Virus record (IMG/VR): IMGVR_UViG_3300037455_000462
Span: 32,001-96,000 of that record
Source of the DNA: a virus
Lineage: Duplodnaviria; Caudoviricetes
Direction: 5' to 3' (one strand)
DNA length: 64,000 nt
The first letter of the stretch is position 1. Each line of letters begins with the position of its first letter. Shown here in pieces: positions 63,823 through 64,000 of the stretch. A program made the position numbers and the translations under genes. The notes beneath the pieces were generated by a model. That model saw nothing but the letters and a program-made list of their open reading frames with translations, was not told where the DNA came from and made no database searches.

Positions 63823-64000
63823 ATGATGTACACATTGCTTATAGACGGACACAACTTTTTGTTCAGAACGATGTATGTGTTTCCGAGCAAGAAAGGCGAA
63901 CTTATGCTTTCGACTGACGAATCTCGGAAATTGTATGTGTCCAAACTCGAACAGAATCTCAATGCTGTTCTCCGCGACTTGGAGAATATCGTTGACAGAT
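63823..64000 (+). CDS. 5'-3' exonuclease/RNase H (FEN-like), truncated by window edge
   Basis: MMYTLLIDGHNFLFRT N-terminal motif, translated by hand. Confidence 0.7.
   Translation, partial: MMYTLLIDGHNFLFRTMYVFPSKKGELMLSTDESRKLYVSKLEQNLNAVLRDLENIVDR

Noticed and set aside
63602-63826. Small acidic ORF between the DUF932 and exonuclease genes
   Set aside because: It is plausibly real but the start codon is unclear (64-bp overlap with the upstream gene) and it has no motif, so it is not listed as a feature.
1-64000. Alternative genetic code (TAG or TGA recoding, as in some gut jumbo phages)
   Set aside because: Conserved genes are full length in the standard code, and TAG/TGA act as stops at sensible gene ends (for example 61, 38690, 62787).

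Overview
This window is a 64-kb segment of a large T4-like (myovirus-type) jumbo phage genome in the standard genetic code. The host is most likely a Bacteroidota species, judging from TAnnTTTG host-type promoters and A-rich, Shine-Dalgarno-less starts. It encodes replication and recombination genes (topoisomerase gp52 and gp39/60, UvsX/RecA, gp41 helicase, gp47, DHFR-TS, exonucleases), a cluster of seven orphan DNA methyltransferases, chaperones (Hsp20, DnaJ, ClpB-like), an AAA+/peptidase/vWA module and virion genes (gp15-like, tube-like, tape measure, neck-like, tail fibre). Main observations: (1) a 13-residue tag, [hydrophobic]-x-E|K-L-[ND]-I-x-P-[IVM]-[ST]-K-[ED]-R-L, occurs 11 times in 8 mostly unrelated proteins, all in TATAAATA late operons, suggesting a prohead-protease-exposed capsid-cargo or ejection signal and cargo polyproteins; (2) uvsX is fractured by a split intein around a free-standing endonuclease that has a hairpin/late-promoter switch; (3) the helicase ends in a 36-aa atypical intein N-fragment whose partner is not in the window; (4) eight proteins, six of them DNA methyltransferases, end in K-x(1-2)-L-F or K-L-F, a candidate sliding-clamp tether; (5) a tail fibre carries a DGR-type variable region and hairpin, with no RT or TR in the window; (6) there is a candidate two-unit structured RNA, three promoter classes, and strong avoidance of several 4-bp palindromes. 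All functional calls come from motif recognition by eye; no database searches were run.
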